In this document: piece by piece, positions 1 to 18,158 of the stretch | Numbering within the stretch: position 1 is the stretch's first letter | How the letters are laid out: each line of letters opens with the position of its first letter | Assembly (NCBI GenBank): GCA_963805085.1 | Contig: CAWDTA010000004.1 | Span: 96,001-160,000, forward strand | DNA: 64,000 nt | Source of the DNA: an uncultured Veillonellaceae bacterium | GTDB taxonomy: Bacteria > Bacillota > Negativicutes > JARBTT01 | Reading direction: 5' to 3' | Program-made: the position numbers and the translations under genes | The notes under the pieces: model-generated | What the model was told of the DNA's origin: nothing | Databases searched by the model: none | What the model saw: the letters and a program-made list of their open reading frames with translations, nothing else

Positions 1-7165
<7,165 letters not shown>

Positions 7166-7430
7166 TAAATCCTTCACCCCTTAGCCCAATTTGACTAAAT
7201 TAACACACATGATAACAGAAAATAACTTTTAGTAATGAAATACTAAAAAGGCAAGGTCACTAATATTAATTAAACCTTGCATTTTATTGATGAAATACCA
7301 TTTTCATCCTCCATTATATTACTATTTCCTAGTTTACTGCGTGTTATACCTAAATCGAATATTTTTTTGCGGTAGTCAATCGCATTTTAGCGCATAATAC
7401 AGTTTGATATTATACATTCTGCATTAAAAA

Positions 7431-7459
7431 ATACTATCACACTCACATTGTAATGTCAA
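7431..7459 (-). promoter_or_regulatory. SigA promoter for rpoBC
   Basis: TTGACA-N17-TAGTAT with TG extension on minus strand. Confidence 0.7.
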
Positions 7460-7481
7460 TATTTTTTTTTGTAATATGGTA

Positions 7482-7520
7482 AAAATTAAAGAGTACCATT
7501 TGAGGTACTCTTTAATTTTA
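7482..7520 (-). terminator. Intrinsic terminator after rplL
   Basis: AAAATTAAAGAGTACC/GGTACTCTTTAATTTT inverted repeat. Confidence 0.8.
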
Positions 7521-7544
7521 AAAAACTATACTGCTAAGCTAAAA

Positions 7545-7910
7545 TTATTTAATTTCAACAGTTGCGCCAGCTTCTTCAAGCTTAGCTTTGATTGCATCAG
7601 CATCAGCTTTAGCAATTTTTTCTTTGATTGCTTTAGGAGCGCCATCAACTAATTCTTTAGCTTCTTTAAGGCCAAGACCAGTTACTTCACGAACAACTTT
7701 GATAACGTTGATTTTGCTACCACCAGCACTAGTTAGTATAACATCAAATTCGCTTTGTTCAGCAACGGCAGCGCCAGCTACTGGAGCTGCTGCTACAGCT
7801 ACAGGAGCTGCTGCGGATACACCGAATTTTTCTTCTAAAGCTTTTACCAATTCTGATAATTCAAGAACCGTCATGTTCTCAATAGCTTCCATAATTTGTT
7901 CTTTATTCAT
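7545..7910 (-). CDS. rplL: 50S ribosomal protein L7/L12
   Basis: [34 protein letters not shown]. Confidence 0.98.
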   Translation of the reverse strand: MNKEQIMEAIENMTVLELSELVKALEEKFGVSAAAPVAVAAAPVAGAAVAEQSEFDVILTSAGGSKINVIKVVREVTGLGLKEAKELVDGAPKAIKEKIAKADADAIKAKLEEAGATVEIK

Positions 7911-7967
7911 TATAAATATACCTCCAAAAATTTTAATTAATTTAATTTATTTCATTTTTTTTAGGAA

Positions 7968-8498
7968 TCATGCAGATTCTTTTTGTTGACGAACTGCATC
8001 AAGCGCATAAACCACATTGCGAATAGAACCTTGTAATACGTTGACAAGACCAACAATTGGGGATTGCATACCAGCAAGTACTTGTGCGATAAGCACTTCG
8101 CGTGCAGGTAAAGCAGCAAGAGCTTTAACAGCTTCTGCATCAATTACTTTGCCTTCAACTAAACCAGCTTTAATTTCTAAACCTTCAAGCTTATTTTCTT
8201 TAATGAATTCAGAAATAATTTTTGCTGGAGCTACTGGATCAGTAGCAGATACTGCTAGAGCAGTAGTACCTTCTAAGTATTCATCTAAGCCTTCAATACC
8301 AGCTTCTTTAGCAGCAATACGAGTCATCGTATTTTTTACAACACGATAATCAACCCCTGCCTCACGTAATTTACAACGAAGTTTTGTATCTTGAGCAACA
8401 GTTAATCCGCTATAAGATGTTAAAACAGCACCTTGAGCAGTACTAAGTTTTTCTTTTAAACTAGCGACAACCGCTTTTTTTTCTGAAGTTATAGCCAT
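7968..8498 (-). CDS. rplJ: 50S ribosomal protein L10
   Basis: YRVVKNT motif, synteny; ATG 8496-8498 after GGAGG. Confidence 0.97.
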   Translation of the reverse strand: MAITSEKKAVVASLKEKLSTAQGAVLTSYSGLTVAQDTKLRCKLREAGVDYRVVKNTMTRIAAKEAGIEGLDEYLEGTTALAVSATDPVAPAKIISEFIKENKLEGLEIKAGLVEGKVIDAEAVKALAALPAREVLIAQVLAGMQSPIVGLVNVLQGSIRNVVYALDAVRQQKESA

Positions 8499-8532
8499 GA
8501 AATACACCTCCTCTCATAATTTTAAAAACACA

Positions 8533-8648
8533 AAACGACCTCTGACTAAGACGCCAGAGGTCGCAGTAGGCATAAGCCATGCTAAACTCCAACCTCGGCA
8601 GGCGGACCTAAATCCGTTATACTTGCACAGTACCTGCTGTCTACAGCC
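8533..8648 (-). promoter_or_regulatory. L10 leader (rplJ attenuator)
   Basis: GCTGTAGACAGCAGG...TAA...CCTGCCGAGG core followed by CGACCTCTG/CAGAGGTCG-TTTT terminator. Confidence 0.85.
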
Positions 8649-8677
8649 TAATCAATTATTAAGTTGTAAAGGCTAAA

Positions 8678-9376
8678 TTAGCCTTTTGCTGAAATTTTTA
8701 GCGGGTTAATCCTAACGCCAGGCCCCATAGTTGTACTAATTGTAATAGCACGCATATATTGACCTTTAGCAGCGGCAGGTTTAACTTTATTTAATGTATC
8801 CATCAAGGTCTGGAAGTTTTCTAATAACTTACCAGCTTCGAATGAAGCCTTACCAATAGGAGCATGAATATTACCAGCTTTATCAGTACGGTATTCGATT
8901 TTACCTGCTTTAATTTCATTAATAGCACGGGTAACATCCAAAGTCACAGTACCAACTTTAGGATTTGGCATTAAGCCTCTAGGTCCAAGGATTTTACCAA
9001 GACGACCTACTGTACCCATCATGTCAGGAGTAGCTACGGCAACATCAAAGTCAGCCCAGCCTCCTTGAATTTTAGCAACAAGTTCATCAGAACCTACAAA
9101 ATCAGCACCAGCTGCTTCTGCTTCTTTGACTTTATCGCCTTTCGCAAAAACTAACACACGTTTAGTTTTACCAGTACCATGTGGCAACACAACAGCACCG
9201 CGAACTTGTTGATCAGCATGTTTAGGATCTACACCTAATTTTACAGCAACTTCAATTGTTTCGTCAAATTTAGCTGTAGCTGTTTTCTTAGCAAGTTCTA
9301 CTGCTTCTTCAGCGTCATATAATTTATCTTCAATCAACTTTGCAGCTTCTTGATATTTTTTACCGAATTTAGGCAT
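8678..9376 (-). CDS. rplA: 50S ribosomal protein L1
   Basis: [24 protein letters not shown]. Confidence 0.98.
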   Translation of the reverse strand: MPKFGKKYQEAAKLIEDKLYDAEEAVELAKKTATAKFDETIEVAVKLGVDPKHADQQVRGAVVLPHGTGKTKRVLVFAKGDKVKEAEAAGADFVGSDELVAKIQGGWADFDVAVATPDMMGTVGRLGKILGPRGLMPNPKVGTVTLDVTRAINEIKAGKIEYRTDKAGNIHAPIGKASFEAGKLLENFQTLMDTLNKVKPAAAKGQYMRAITISTTMGPGVRINPLKISAKG

Positions 9377-9392
9377 TCTTTCTTTTCCCCTT

Positions 9393-9423
9393 TCGTGGTA
9401 ATAACGGTTTTTTCCTCCCACGA
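9393..9423 (-). promoter_or_regulatory. L1-binding autoregulatory leader
   Basis: CGTGGGAGG...CCGTTATTACCACG hairpin directly before the rplA RBS. Confidence 0.65.
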
Positions 9424-9444
9424 GTATAGCATCTTAACTAATAA

Positions 9445-9870
9445 TTAGTCAACAATTTCAATACCCATGCTGCGAGCTGTACCTTCGATCATACGAGTTG
9501 CAGCTTCAACGCTAGCAGCATTTAAATCTTCCATTTTGCTTTCAGCGATTTCTATTACTTTAGCACGTGGTAATTTAGCAACCTTTTTCTTGTTAGGTTC
9601 GCCGGAAGCAGTTTCAATACCAGCAGCTTTCTTAAGAAGAACAGCAGCTGGAGGAGTTTTAGTGACAAACGTAAATGATCTATCCTCAAAAACTGTAATT
9701 TCAACTGGAATGATTAAACCGCCTTGTTGAGCAGTTCTTTCATTAAAATCTTTAACAAAAGCCATAATATTAACACCAGCTTGACCTAGTGCAGGACCAA
9801 CTGGAGGCGCTGGAGTAGCTTTACCAGCAGGTACTTGTAATTTTACAAGTTTGACAACTTTCTTAGCCAT
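9445..9870 (-). CDS. rplK: 50S ribosomal protein L11
   Basis: [22 protein letters not shown]. Confidence 0.98.
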   Translation of the reverse strand: MAKKVVKLVKLQVPAGKATPAPPVGPALGQAGVNIMAFVKDFNERTAQQGGLIIPVEITVFEDRSFTFVTKTPPAAVLLKKAAGIETASGEPNKKKVAKLPRAKVIEIAESKMEDLNAASVEAATRMIEGTARSMGIEIVD

Positions 9871-9902
9871 ATATATTACACCTCCTTACTATAAAACTAG
9901 AA

Positions 9903-10433
9903 TTAAATTTTTTCTACTTGAGTGAAATCCAGTTCTACTGGAGTTTCACGCCCAAACATATTGACTAAAACTTTAATTTTGCTACGTTCAGGACTAATCT
10001 CTGTAACTGTGGCAGCAAAATTTTCAAATGCGCCAGAGTTAATGTGAACAGCTTGACCAACTTCAATATCAAAGCTAGGTTTAAGCTCTTCAATTCCCAT
10101 GGATTTAAGAATACGTTTGACTTCAGCATCAGTGAGCGGTATAGGTTTAGTTCCAGAACCAACAAACCCAGTAACACCTGGCGTATTGCGAACAATATAC
10201 CAAGATCTATCACTAACAATCATTTCTACCAATGCATATCCAGGGAAAACCTTTTTCTTAGTAATTTTTTTCTTGCCATCTTTATGTTCAACTTCATCTT
10301 CCATCGGTACAACTACACGAAATATTTCGTCTTCCATACCCATTGAATAAACTTTACGTTCAAGATTAGCCTTTACTTTGTTTTCATATCCAGAATATGT
10401 ATGGATTACATACCATTTTTTTTCTGATTCCAT
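9903..10433 (-). CDS. nusG: Transcription elongation factor NusG
   Basis: WYVIHTYSGYENKV, FPGY, FGRETPVEL. Confidence 0.98.
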   Translation of the reverse strand: MESEKKWYVIHTYSGYENKVKANLERKVYSMGMEDEIFRVVVPMEDEVEHKDGKKKITKKKVFPGYALVEMIVSDRSWYIVRNTPGVTGFVGSGTKPIPLTDAEVKRILKSMGIEELKPSFDIEVGQAVHINSGAFENFAATVTEISPERSKIKVLVNMFGRETPVELDFTQVEKI

Positions 10434-10475
10434 CACTTAAGGGACGAACCTACGTCCCCCACCCCCTTAGCCGCC

Positions 10476-10691
10476 TTATCTTAGAATGACTTCGAGCATT
10501 TTAGCAAACGCAGTATCACAAAACCAAATAAGTATCGAAACAAAAATTACAGCAACAAACACTACCCCTGTATGTGATATAAGTTCTTTTTTGTTAGGCC
10601 ATGATACTTTTTTCATTTCAGACTTAACTTCACGGAAAAATCTTGTTACACGTGAACCATCAGACTGAACAGCTGTTTCTTGAGTAGCCAA
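10476..10691 (-). CDS. secE: Preprotein translocase SecE
   Basis: EMKKVSWP motif plus TM helix; synteny. Confidence 0.95.
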   Translation of the reverse strand: MATQETAVQSDGSRVTRFFREVKSEMKKVSWPNKKELISHTGVVFVAVIFVSILIWFCDTAFAKMLEVILR

Positions 10692-10744
10692 TCTTTTCAC
10701 TTCCCCGTCATACTGCTTACGCAGAACACAAAACTGAATCTATA

Positions 10745-10894
10745 TTATTTCGTTTCTTTGTGTAAAGTGTGTTTTTTACAAAACTTGCAGTATTTGTTGA
10801 ATTCCAATCTATCCGGGTCATTTCTTTTGTTTTTATTGGTTTGATAATTACGTTGTTTACATTCAACGCAAGCCAATGTAACTGCATTACGCAT
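10745..10894 (-). CDS. rpmG: 50S ribosomal protein L33 (Zn-binding, 49 aa; absent from ORF track)
   Basis: Hand translation [49 protein letters not shown]; GAGGTG RBS. Confidence 0.97.
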   Translation of the reverse strand: MRNAVTLACVECKQRNYQTNKNKRNDPDRLEFNKYCKFCKKHTLHKETK

Positions 10895-10948
10895 CCTATG
10901 CACCTCTCTTGCCTGTTAAATATACTACATTTCAAATGTCACTAATAT

Positions 10949-10977
10949 AATTTATCATACTTAGCATAAGCTGTCAA
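10949..10977 (-). promoter_or_regulatory. SigA promoter for rpmG-secE-nusG
   Basis: TTGACA-N17-TAAATT with TG extension. Confidence 0.65.
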
Positions 10978-11102
10978 CAGCTTATCCACAACATTTTCAC
11001 TTTTCGTAGTTTCCATTAAAATTGCTGTTTTTATGCAGTTTTGTGTATTTTATCATTATACACAAAACAAAAACCCCATTTCAGGGGTTTTATTACTCTT
11101 TT

Positions 11103-11179
11103 TGGTGGCGGCGCAGAGATTCGAACTCCGGACACTGCGGGTATGAACCGCATGCTCTAGCCAACTGAGCTACGCCGCC
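11103..11179 (-). tRNA. tRNA-Met(CAT), elongator type
   Basis: GGCGGCGTAGCTCAG...TTCATAC...TTCGAATC...CCA; paired 1:72. Ile2 not fully excluded. Confidence 0.9.
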
Positions 11180-11185
11180 ATATTA

Positions 11186-11261
11186 TGGAGCTAATGACCG
11201 GGATTGAACCGGTGACCTTATCCTTACCAAGGATACGCTCTACCGACTGAGCTACATCAGC
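11186..11261 (-). tRNA. tRNA-Thr(GGT)
   Basis: Cloverleaf, anticodon loop TTGGTAA, CCA end. Confidence 0.95.
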
Positions 11262-11282
11262 GATCACTAACTTTATTAGAAT

Positions 11283-11358
<76 letters not shown>

Positions 11359-11390
11359 ATGTTAGATGTTAAAATATTTAACTAAATAAA

Positions 11391-11475
11391 TGGTGGATGG
11401 GGTTGGATTCGAACCAACGAAGGCGGAGCCGGCAGATTTACAGTCTGCTCCCTTTAGCCACTCGGGAACCCATCC
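11391..11475 (-). tRNA. tRNA-Tyr(GTA)
   Basis: 85 nt, long variable arm, CTGTAAA loop. Confidence 0.95.
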
Positions 11476-11485
11476 GTTATTTAAC

Positions 11486-11561
<76 letters not shown>

Positions 11562-11577
11562 ATTAGGAACATTATTT

Positions 11578-11606
11578 ATTATACATATTTCTATGTCGTT
11601 TGTCAA
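11578..11606 (-). promoter_or_regulatory. Consensus SigA promoter for Thr-Tyr-fMet-Thr-Met tRNAs
   Basis: TTGACA-N17-TATAAT. Confidence 0.8.
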
Positions 11607-11632
11607 TAACTTTTCAAAAAAAAAAATATTTT

Positions 11633-11708
<76 letters not shown>

Positions 11709-11762
11709 ATATTAAAATCACCAATCGGTGACAACATACAACATTATTACAACCGATTTTTT

Positions 11763-11791
11763 ATTATATATGTTCCAATTTTATTTGTCAA
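11763..11791 (-). promoter_or_regulatory. Consensus SigA promoter for tRNA-fMet copy 2
   Basis: TTGACA-N17-TATAAT. Confidence 0.75.
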
Positions 11792-11825
11792 TAATTTTTC
11801 ATGAATTATTTTTGGTTGACTTATT

Positions 11826-11901
<76 letters not shown>

Positions 11902-12114
11902 ATATTAAAGTTACCAACCAGTGACAATATGTAATACTATCATAGTTGAATTCGTTTGTAAAGTGTTTTCTTGATTTTTTTAAAAACTCTATTCTTTCTA
12001 ACAAACCATCTGCATCTAAATTTCAGTATATACGATATATAAAAGAATATACAGTTTTTATTTTCTTATATAAAGCTACAGGCTGTTAAAAGCAGCCTGT
12101 AGCTTTGAGATTAT

Positions 12115-13365
12115 TTAAGCAAGTAAGTAACTATATTTTGCTTTAAATTCTTCGATTGTCATTTTAAAAGTATTTGCCAGCCCTACATCTTCTAAATCAC
12201 TTTCCGCTAAACGAATCATAAATTCTTTCGCGATTTGATAATTCATAGAACTAACGTCTACCCGTCTTACTCTAGTCTTACCCGTTTCTGGATCACGTAA
12301 ATCTTTAAAATAAAGTGGTACTGTTTCATTGTTTTGAATAGAGATCATTGCAGCGCTGCCACCATTCATTAAAAAGCGAACTGCTGCATGCCCTAATGAG
12401 CGCGTATAATCAATATCATAAGAAATAGGTGGTGCACAACGAAGCTCGTAACCAATTTCCTTATCAACAATCGTTATTTTTATACCAATTTTGGCCAATT
12501 CTTTTGCTACTTCTTTTTTAAGCACATCACCAAAATCAAGTTCAGCATATCGAATATGACAATGCTCATCTAAACAAATATCACCAAGAGCCATAAAATC
12601 TTCTTCCGCTATTTTTTCGATAACGCCTTCGGCAATAACAGCAATTCCATAATTACGACCCGTTAGATAACGTTTTACCATAGAACAAGTGAGTAGATCA
12701 ACCACTTGCTGTAATCTAATTTTAGGGGCACTAAACTCTTCAGGAATGATCGTAATGATTGCCCCTGCTGATTTCCCCATACCAAGCGCTAAATGACCCG
12801 CTGTGCGTCCCATAGCTATACCAAAATACCAACGATTATTGGTAGTTCTAGCATCTTCCATGAGATTTTCTAACAACATCGTTCCAAGTGCTCTTGCCGT
12901 CTCATAACCGAATGTTGGTACGCCTTCTGGAAGCGGTAAATCATTATCAATCGTTTTGGGTACATGAACAACGTTAATGGTTCTACCGACTGATGTTGCG
13001 TATTCTGATACCTTCGCTGCACTAAAAGCAGTATCATCGCCACCGATCGTAACAAGATGTGTTACCCCAAGCTCAGTCAATGTATCTACAACTTTTTTTA
13101 AGTCTGATTCTTTTTGGGTTGGATTAAAACGAGACATTTGTAAAATGGATCCACCCGCTAAATGAATTCTACTTACTAAGTCATAATTTAAATGGACAAC
13201 TTTTTTCTCGCCTTTTGCCAACCGAGAAAAACCATCATAAACCCCAACGACTTCCCAGTTATGCTTTTTCGCCTCTAAGGTAACAGCACTAATAACACTG
13301 TTAATTCCCGGTGCTGGACCGCCTCCACATACTATTGCAACTACATTTTTAGTTGATTGAAACAT
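12115..13365 (-). CDS. pfp: Pyrophosphate-dependent phosphofructokinase
   Basis: GGGPAPGIN, GGDD and PKTIDND (PPi-type signature), MGR. Confidence 0.9.
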   Translation of the reverse strand: MFQSTKNVVAIVCGGGPAPGINSVISAVTLEAKKHNWEVVGVYDGFSRLAKGEKKVVHLNYDLVSRIHLAGGSILQMSRFNPTQKESDLKKVVDTLTELGVTHLVTIGGDDTAFSAAKVSEYATSVGRTINVVHVPKTIDNDLPLPEGVPTFGYETARALGTMLLENLMEDARTTNNRWYFGIAMGRTAGHLALGMGKSAGAIITIIPEEFSAPKIRLQQVVDLLTCSMVKRYLTGRNYGIAVIAEGVIEKIAEEDFMALGDICLDEHCHIRYAELDFGDVLKKEVAKELAKIGIKITIVDKEIGYELRCAPPISYDIDYTRSLGHAAVRFLMNGGSAAMISIQNNETVPLYFKDLRDPETGKTRVRRVDVSSMNYQIAKEFMIRLAESDLEDVGLANTFKMTIEEFKAKYSYLLA

Positions 13366-13583
13366 AGTATTCCCCCTATTTATAAAAATTTATAAGACAG
13401 GCTTATCTTATTTAGCTAAACAATGCTTTAGAACCACATTACTTACTAAAGAAGAGAAAGCAAAGAATATCAAGTAAATAAAATATTACTAATATTCTAA
13501 ATATAATTAATTATGTTGTAATATTCTCCATATAAATTATACATTCCTTCTATATCCATAAAAAACTTTAATACATTTCCTAG

Positions 13584-13823
13584 TTATATAAAATTTTTTA
13601 TATACGCAATAATTCCTAAGCAGGCAAACACGCCTGCAAATTTTGTCAAATATTTTTTATACGTTTGTAACTGTTTGATAAAAGCATCAATATACGAACA
13701 AATAATTGCGAATGCCACACAAATATCACCAGCTGTAAGCCATGTTACCTGACTCAAGAAATCCTCCATTGCATTGCTAAGAAAAATCGCGGCTCCAATC
13801 AACGCCAAATATTCAAATTTCAT
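13584..13823 (-). CDS. Small hypothetical membrane protein (79 aa)
   Basis: AGGAGG RBS, three hydrophobic segments. Confidence 0.65.
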   Translation of the reverse strand: MKFEYLALIGAAIFLSNAMEDFLSQVTWLTAGDICVAFAIICSYIDAFIKQLQTYKKYLTKFAGVFACLGIIAYIKNFI

Positions 13824-13969
13824 CTTAGATTCCTCCTATAACTGATTTTTACCTAGCATTTTTTCTTAGTAAAAAATCTGCCTTTATTAACGCTTATTGT
13901 AATAAAGGCAGATTTTAAATTAGATAAAACGATGAAAAACGTACGAAATCACCATATTTTTTTATGAAT

Positions 13970-15154
13970 TTAAGAGTTCTTTCGTTTATTGTATAAATCA
14001 ACCGTGACCGCAGCTAATAAAACAAGACCTTTTACCACACGCTGAATATCAACAGACCAACCGATCAGTGACATCCCATTGTTTAAAATCCCCATAACTA
14101 AAGCACCGATAACAGCCCCGCTAATGGTTCCGCTACCACCTTGAACAGCCGCGCCGCCGATATAACAAGCAGCAATTGCATCTAATTCGAAACTGTCACC
14201 AGCTTTTGGTGTTGCTGATGCATTACGGGCTGCAAGAACAATCCCCGCCAAAGCTGATAAGAAGCCCATATTGGTATAAACCCAAAACATAACTTTATCT
14301 GTATTAATCCCCGATAAACGAGCTGCATTTACATTCCCACCGACAGCATAAACCTGACGGCCAGCGACTGTATTATTCGTAATAAAAGAATAAATTAGAA
14401 TCAAAATTAACATAATTAACAATACCAATGGAAGTCCCATATAAAGAGCCAATTTAATGGTAATAAAGTTTAAAACAGCAATAATTACTACCAACTTAAT
14501 GATCGGCTGCCAGATGGACGGCACAGCAAAACTATGCTTTATCTTGTTCTTACGCGAGCGCATTTCTAATAAAACAAATACGACGGAGACAAAAATACCA
14601 GCAACAATCGCTAAAAGTTCAACCTTTGTCCCACCAATCTGCGTAAATATTTGTGGCATATAGCCTGCGCCAACTTGCGTAAAACCTTGTGGCAATGGGC
14701 CTTTTGTTTGTCCATTTAATATAACCATAGTAAGACCACGGAAAACAAGCATATTCGCAAGGGTAACAATAAACGGCGGAACTTTTAAAACTGCGATAAA
14801 GAAACCCTGCCACATGCCAACCAAGACACCCATAACCAATACAACAGCAAACGTAATCGGTATAGAAATATGGTAATCAACAACCATAATTGCTGCCGCA
14901 GCACCACAGAAGGCTACCACCGATCCTACGGAAAGGTCGACATTTGCAGTCAAGCAGCATAATAACATCCCAATGGAAAGAATAACAACATAACTATTTT
15001 GCATAACCAGATTATTTATATTCATTGGTGCCGCATTTTTACCATCAGATAAAACTAGAAATATGATATATATTAGAAATAAAGCGATCATCATTCCATA
15101 TTGTTTGAGATTGCTCATCGCAAATTTCTTCTGTTCAAGGCTAGTATTACTCAT
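13970..15154 (-). CDS. gguB: Multiple-sugar ABC permease (GguB/MmsB type)
   Basis: DLSVGS, YAVGGN..AARLSGI, ELDAIAA. Confidence 0.9.
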   Translation of the reverse strand: MSNTSLEQKKFAMSNLKQYGMMIALFLIYIIFLVLSDGKNAAPMNINNLVMQNSYVVILSIGMLLCCLTANVDLSVGSVVAFCGAAAAIMVVDYHISIPITFAVVLVMGVLVGMWQGFFIAVLKVPPFIVTLANMLVFRGLTMVILNGQTKGPLPQGFTQVGAGYMPQIFTQIGGTKVELLAIVAGIFVSVVFVLLEMRSRKNKIKHSFAVPSIWQPIIKLVVIIAVLNFITIKLALYMGLPLVLLIMLILILIYSFITNNTVAGRQVYAVGGNVNAARLSGINTDKVMFWVYTNMGFLSALAGIVLAARNASATPKAGDSFELDAIAACYIGGAAVQGGSGTISGAVIGALVMGILNNGMSLIGWSVDIQRVVKGLVLLAAVTVDLYNKRKNS

Positions 15155-15158
15155 TGTA

Positions 15159-16706
15159 TTATTTCTCCCTTCCGATATGATTCATAATAATTTTCATGAT
15201 TCGTTCTTGAGAAAATTCTTCTTTTTTCAATTCTCCAGCAATTTCCCCTTCATTAATTACATATATTCTGTCACAAATTCCAAGCAATTCAGGCATTTCT
15301 GAAGAAATGACAATAACTGCTTTACCAGCATCGGCAAGGGAATTAATTACGGTATATATTTCGTATTTTGCCCCAACATCAATTCCACGCGTGGGTTCAT
15401 CTAAAAGTAATACATCCGGTTCGGATAACATCCATTTTGCAAGAACAACTTTTTGTTGATTTCCTCCAGACAGAGATCCGACGATTTGCTCAATAGAATT
15501 GGCTTTAATATTCATGATCTTACGATAATCTTCTGCCGCATGAATTTCCTCATTTTCATTAATTACATTACGCTTAGAAAATCTCGAACTCAAACTAGAA
15601 AGCGACATATTCCATTTCAAATCATTCGGTAATACCAACCCATATCTTTTACGATCTTCAGATACATAGGCAATTTTATGATCAATCGCATCTTTTATGC
15701 TCTTCAGGCTCAACACCTTTCCGTTTTTCTTCATTTCACCCGATATATTTTCACCATAAGCCTTACCAAATAAACTCATCGCAAGCTCAGTCCTACCCGC
15801 TCCCATTAAGCCAGCTAGACCGACAACTTCACCACTGCGAACATTGAGCGATACATCATTAATAACTTTCCGTTTTAAGTCTAAAGGATTATATACATTC
15901 CAATCCTTAACCCCAAAAACAATATCGCCGATTTTGCTATTTCTTTCCGGATAGCGATTCGTAAGTTCACGACCTACCATCCCTTTAATAATACGATCTT
16001 CCTCGATTTCTTTGTCCGATTTTTCGATTGTTTCGATTGTGTGCCCATCCCGAATAACCGTAATAGAGTCGGCCACACGACTCACTTCATTCAATTTATG
16101 AGAAATCATGATACAAGTAATGCCTTGTTCTTTCAATTTAAGCATGAGTTCAAGCAATATATTACTTTCTTCATCATTTAAAGCAGCTGTAGGTTCATCA
16201 AGAATCAGAAGTTCTACTTCTTTAGCAAGTGCTTTCGCTATTTCAATGAGTTGTTGTTTCCCCACACCAAGTGTATTGACCATTTGGCTCAGATCTTCAT
16301 TGCCCATACCAATTTTACTTAAGACGTCTCTCGCCCGTCTTTCTGTTTCATCCCAATCGATAATCCCTTTGATCGGTGTGATCTCATTTCCCAAAAACAC
16401 ATTTTCCGCAATAGAAAGATACGGAATTAAAGCAAGCTCCTGATGAATGATTACAATTCCCTTTTTTTCACTACTGCGAATATTGTGAAAATTACACACT
16501 TCTCCATGATAAACAATATCACCTGTATACGTTCCATAAGGATATACCCCTGAAAGAACATTCATTAAAGTAGACTTTCCTGCACCATTTTCACCACACA
16601 GTGCATGAATTTCTCCTTTTTTAATGGTAAGGTTAACATCATCTAAAGCTTTAACACCCGAAAATTCTTTGGTAATGTGTCTCATTTCTAATATAAACTC
16701 ATCCAT
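15159..16706 (-). CDS. gguA: Multiple-sugar ABC ATPase (GguA/MmsA type)
   Basis: Two NBDs; [26 protein letters not shown]; ATG 16704-16706 after AGGAG. Confidence 0.92.
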   Translation of the reverse strand: MDEFILEMRHITKEFSGVKALDDVNLTIKKGEIHALCGENGAGKSTLMNVLSGVYPYGTYTGDIVYHGEVCNFHNIRSSEKKGIVIIHQELALIPYLSIAENVFLGNEITPIKGIIDWDETERRARDVLSKIGMGNEDLSQMVNTLGVGKQQLIEIAKALAKEVELLILDEPTAALNDEESNILLELMLKLKEQGITCIMISHKLNEVSRVADSITVIRDGHTIETIEKSDKEIEEDRIIKGMVGRELTNRYPERNSKIGDIVFGVKDWNVYNPLDLKRKVINDVSLNVRSGEVVGLAGLMGAGRTELAMSLFGKAYGENISGEMKKNGKVLSLKSIKDAIDHKIAYVSEDRKRYGLVLPNDLKWNMSLSSLSSRFSKRNVINENEEIHAAEDYRKIMNIKANSIEQIVGSLSGGNQQKVVLAKWMLSEPDVLLLDEPTRGIDVGAKYEIYTVINSLADAGKAVIVISSEMPELLGICDRIYVINEGEIAGELKKEEFSQERIMKIIMNHIGREK

Positions 16707-16792
16707 AAATTTTTGTTCAACTCCTTTTATTACTTCTGGCCGAAAGCACTGTTTCAATGTTTCCAGCCAGAAGTAATCTAAATGCATTTTAA

Positions 16793-17899
16793 CTATTCAA
16801 GATCAGCTTTTTTATAGTAACCGGAGTCAATCAATTCTTTTTGAATATTATTTTTATCTACAGCAATTGGAGTACATAAATAAGAAGGAACTACTTTTTT
16901 ATTGTTATTATAAGAAGTTGTATCATTAATCTCAGGTTGTCCGCCTTCTAAAACTGCTTGCACCATTTTTACACATTTGTCTGCTAAAACACGAGTATCT
17001 TTAAAAATTGTCATCGATTGTTTGCCTGATAAAATATTTTTAGAAGCCATCAATTCAGCATCTTGCCCTGTAATAAGCGGCCATTTTTGACCAACTTTAT
17101 AACCAGCACCTTCTAGTGCAGCTGAAATACCATAACTGATGCCATCAAACGGACTTACTACGATATCGACATTTTTACCTGTGCTGTAATAGCCAGATAA
17201 GATATCTTCCATACGTTTTTGCGCAGTTTCTTGCGACCAACGCAATGTACAGATTGCATCAAAATTTGTTTGACCAGAAGCAGTTACCAATTGTCCTTTA
17301 TCCAAATAAGGTTGTAGAACTTCAAACACACCTGTATTTAAGAAATGCGCGTTGTTATCATCAGGTGAACCAGCAAAGAACTCAATGTTATAAGGTCCTT
17401 TACCTTCTTTTAATCCCATTTTTTCTTCAATGTATTTGCCTATTGCGACACCAACACCCTTATTATCAAACGTTGCATAATAAGAAACACTATCAGTATC
17501 CATTAATAAACGGTCATATGCAACTACTGGAATATTATTTTTCTTTGCTTGTTCTAATACATTTACCAATGCATTAGAATCTATTGCTGCAACAACTAGG
17601 CAATTTGCACCGTTGGTTATCATATTTTCTATTTGCGAAACTTGCGCTTGCACATCATCTTCCGCATATTGTAAATCCACAGTGTACCCTAATTTTTCTA
17701 GTTTTTCCTTCATGTTTTTACCATCTTGGATCCAACGCTGTGAAGATTGTGTAGGCATTGCTACCCCAATTTTTTTAGTGTTTGAGGTATTTGCCTTCGG
17801 TGCTGGATCGGCTTTATCGGTACCACCACAACCAGTTAAAACGAACATCATAATTCCAGCCAATATAAGGGCCACTATTTTTTTGATACTTTTCATCAT
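16793..17899 (-). CDS. chvE: Sugar ABC substrate-binding lipoprotein (ChvE/SbpA type)
   Basis: Lipobox LTGC; [27 protein letters not shown]. Confidence 0.9.
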   Translation of the reverse strand: MMKSIKKIVALILAGIMMFVLTGCGGTDKADPAPKANTSNTKKIGVAMPTQSSQRWIQDGKNMKEKLEKLGYTVDLQYAEDDVQAQVSQIENMITNGANCLVVAAIDSNALVNVLEQAKKNNIPVVAYDRLLMDTDSVSYYATFDNKGVGVAIGKYIEEKMGLKEGKGPYNIEFFAGSPDDNNAHFLNTGVFEVLQPYLDKGQLVTASGQTNFDAICTLRWSQETAQKRMEDILSGYYSTGKNVDIVVSPFDGISYGISAALEGAGYKVGQKWPLITGQDAELMASKNILSGKQSMTIFKDTRVLADKCVKMVQAVLEGGQPEINDTTSYNNNKKVVPSYLCTPIAVDKNNIQKELIDSGYYKKADLE

Positions 17900-18041
17900 T
17901 CTTTCCCTCCTATTGATAATTATAATTAGATACTATATGCAGTAAAAATTTACTTTCCTTTTGCTTTTTATCATTTACAATTTTAATCATCTTATACCGA
18001 ATTAAGCTACATTTTCTCACCAACTCTCGCACTATATTACT

Positions 18042-18081
18042 GTAATTCTTATTTAATATAAAGAAATTAAATAAGAATTAC
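18042..18081. terminator. 16-bp stem hairpin between the two ABC operons
   Basis: GTAATTCTTATTTAAT/ATTAAATAAGAATTAC. Confidence 0.6.
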
Positions 18082-18158
18082 GAATAATTAAAGACAGTAA
18101 TTACTTCCTACATATAGCATAAAACTCATTAGAATTGTTTTATCAGAATGGACCTATT

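Noticed and set aside
10717-10935. 72-aa minus-strand ORF
   Set aside because: Wrong frame over rpmG (10745-10894).
16733-16775. Hairpins after the binding-protein genes (also 21842-21881)
   Set aside because: Ordinary mRNA-stabilising stem-loops of sugar ABC operons.
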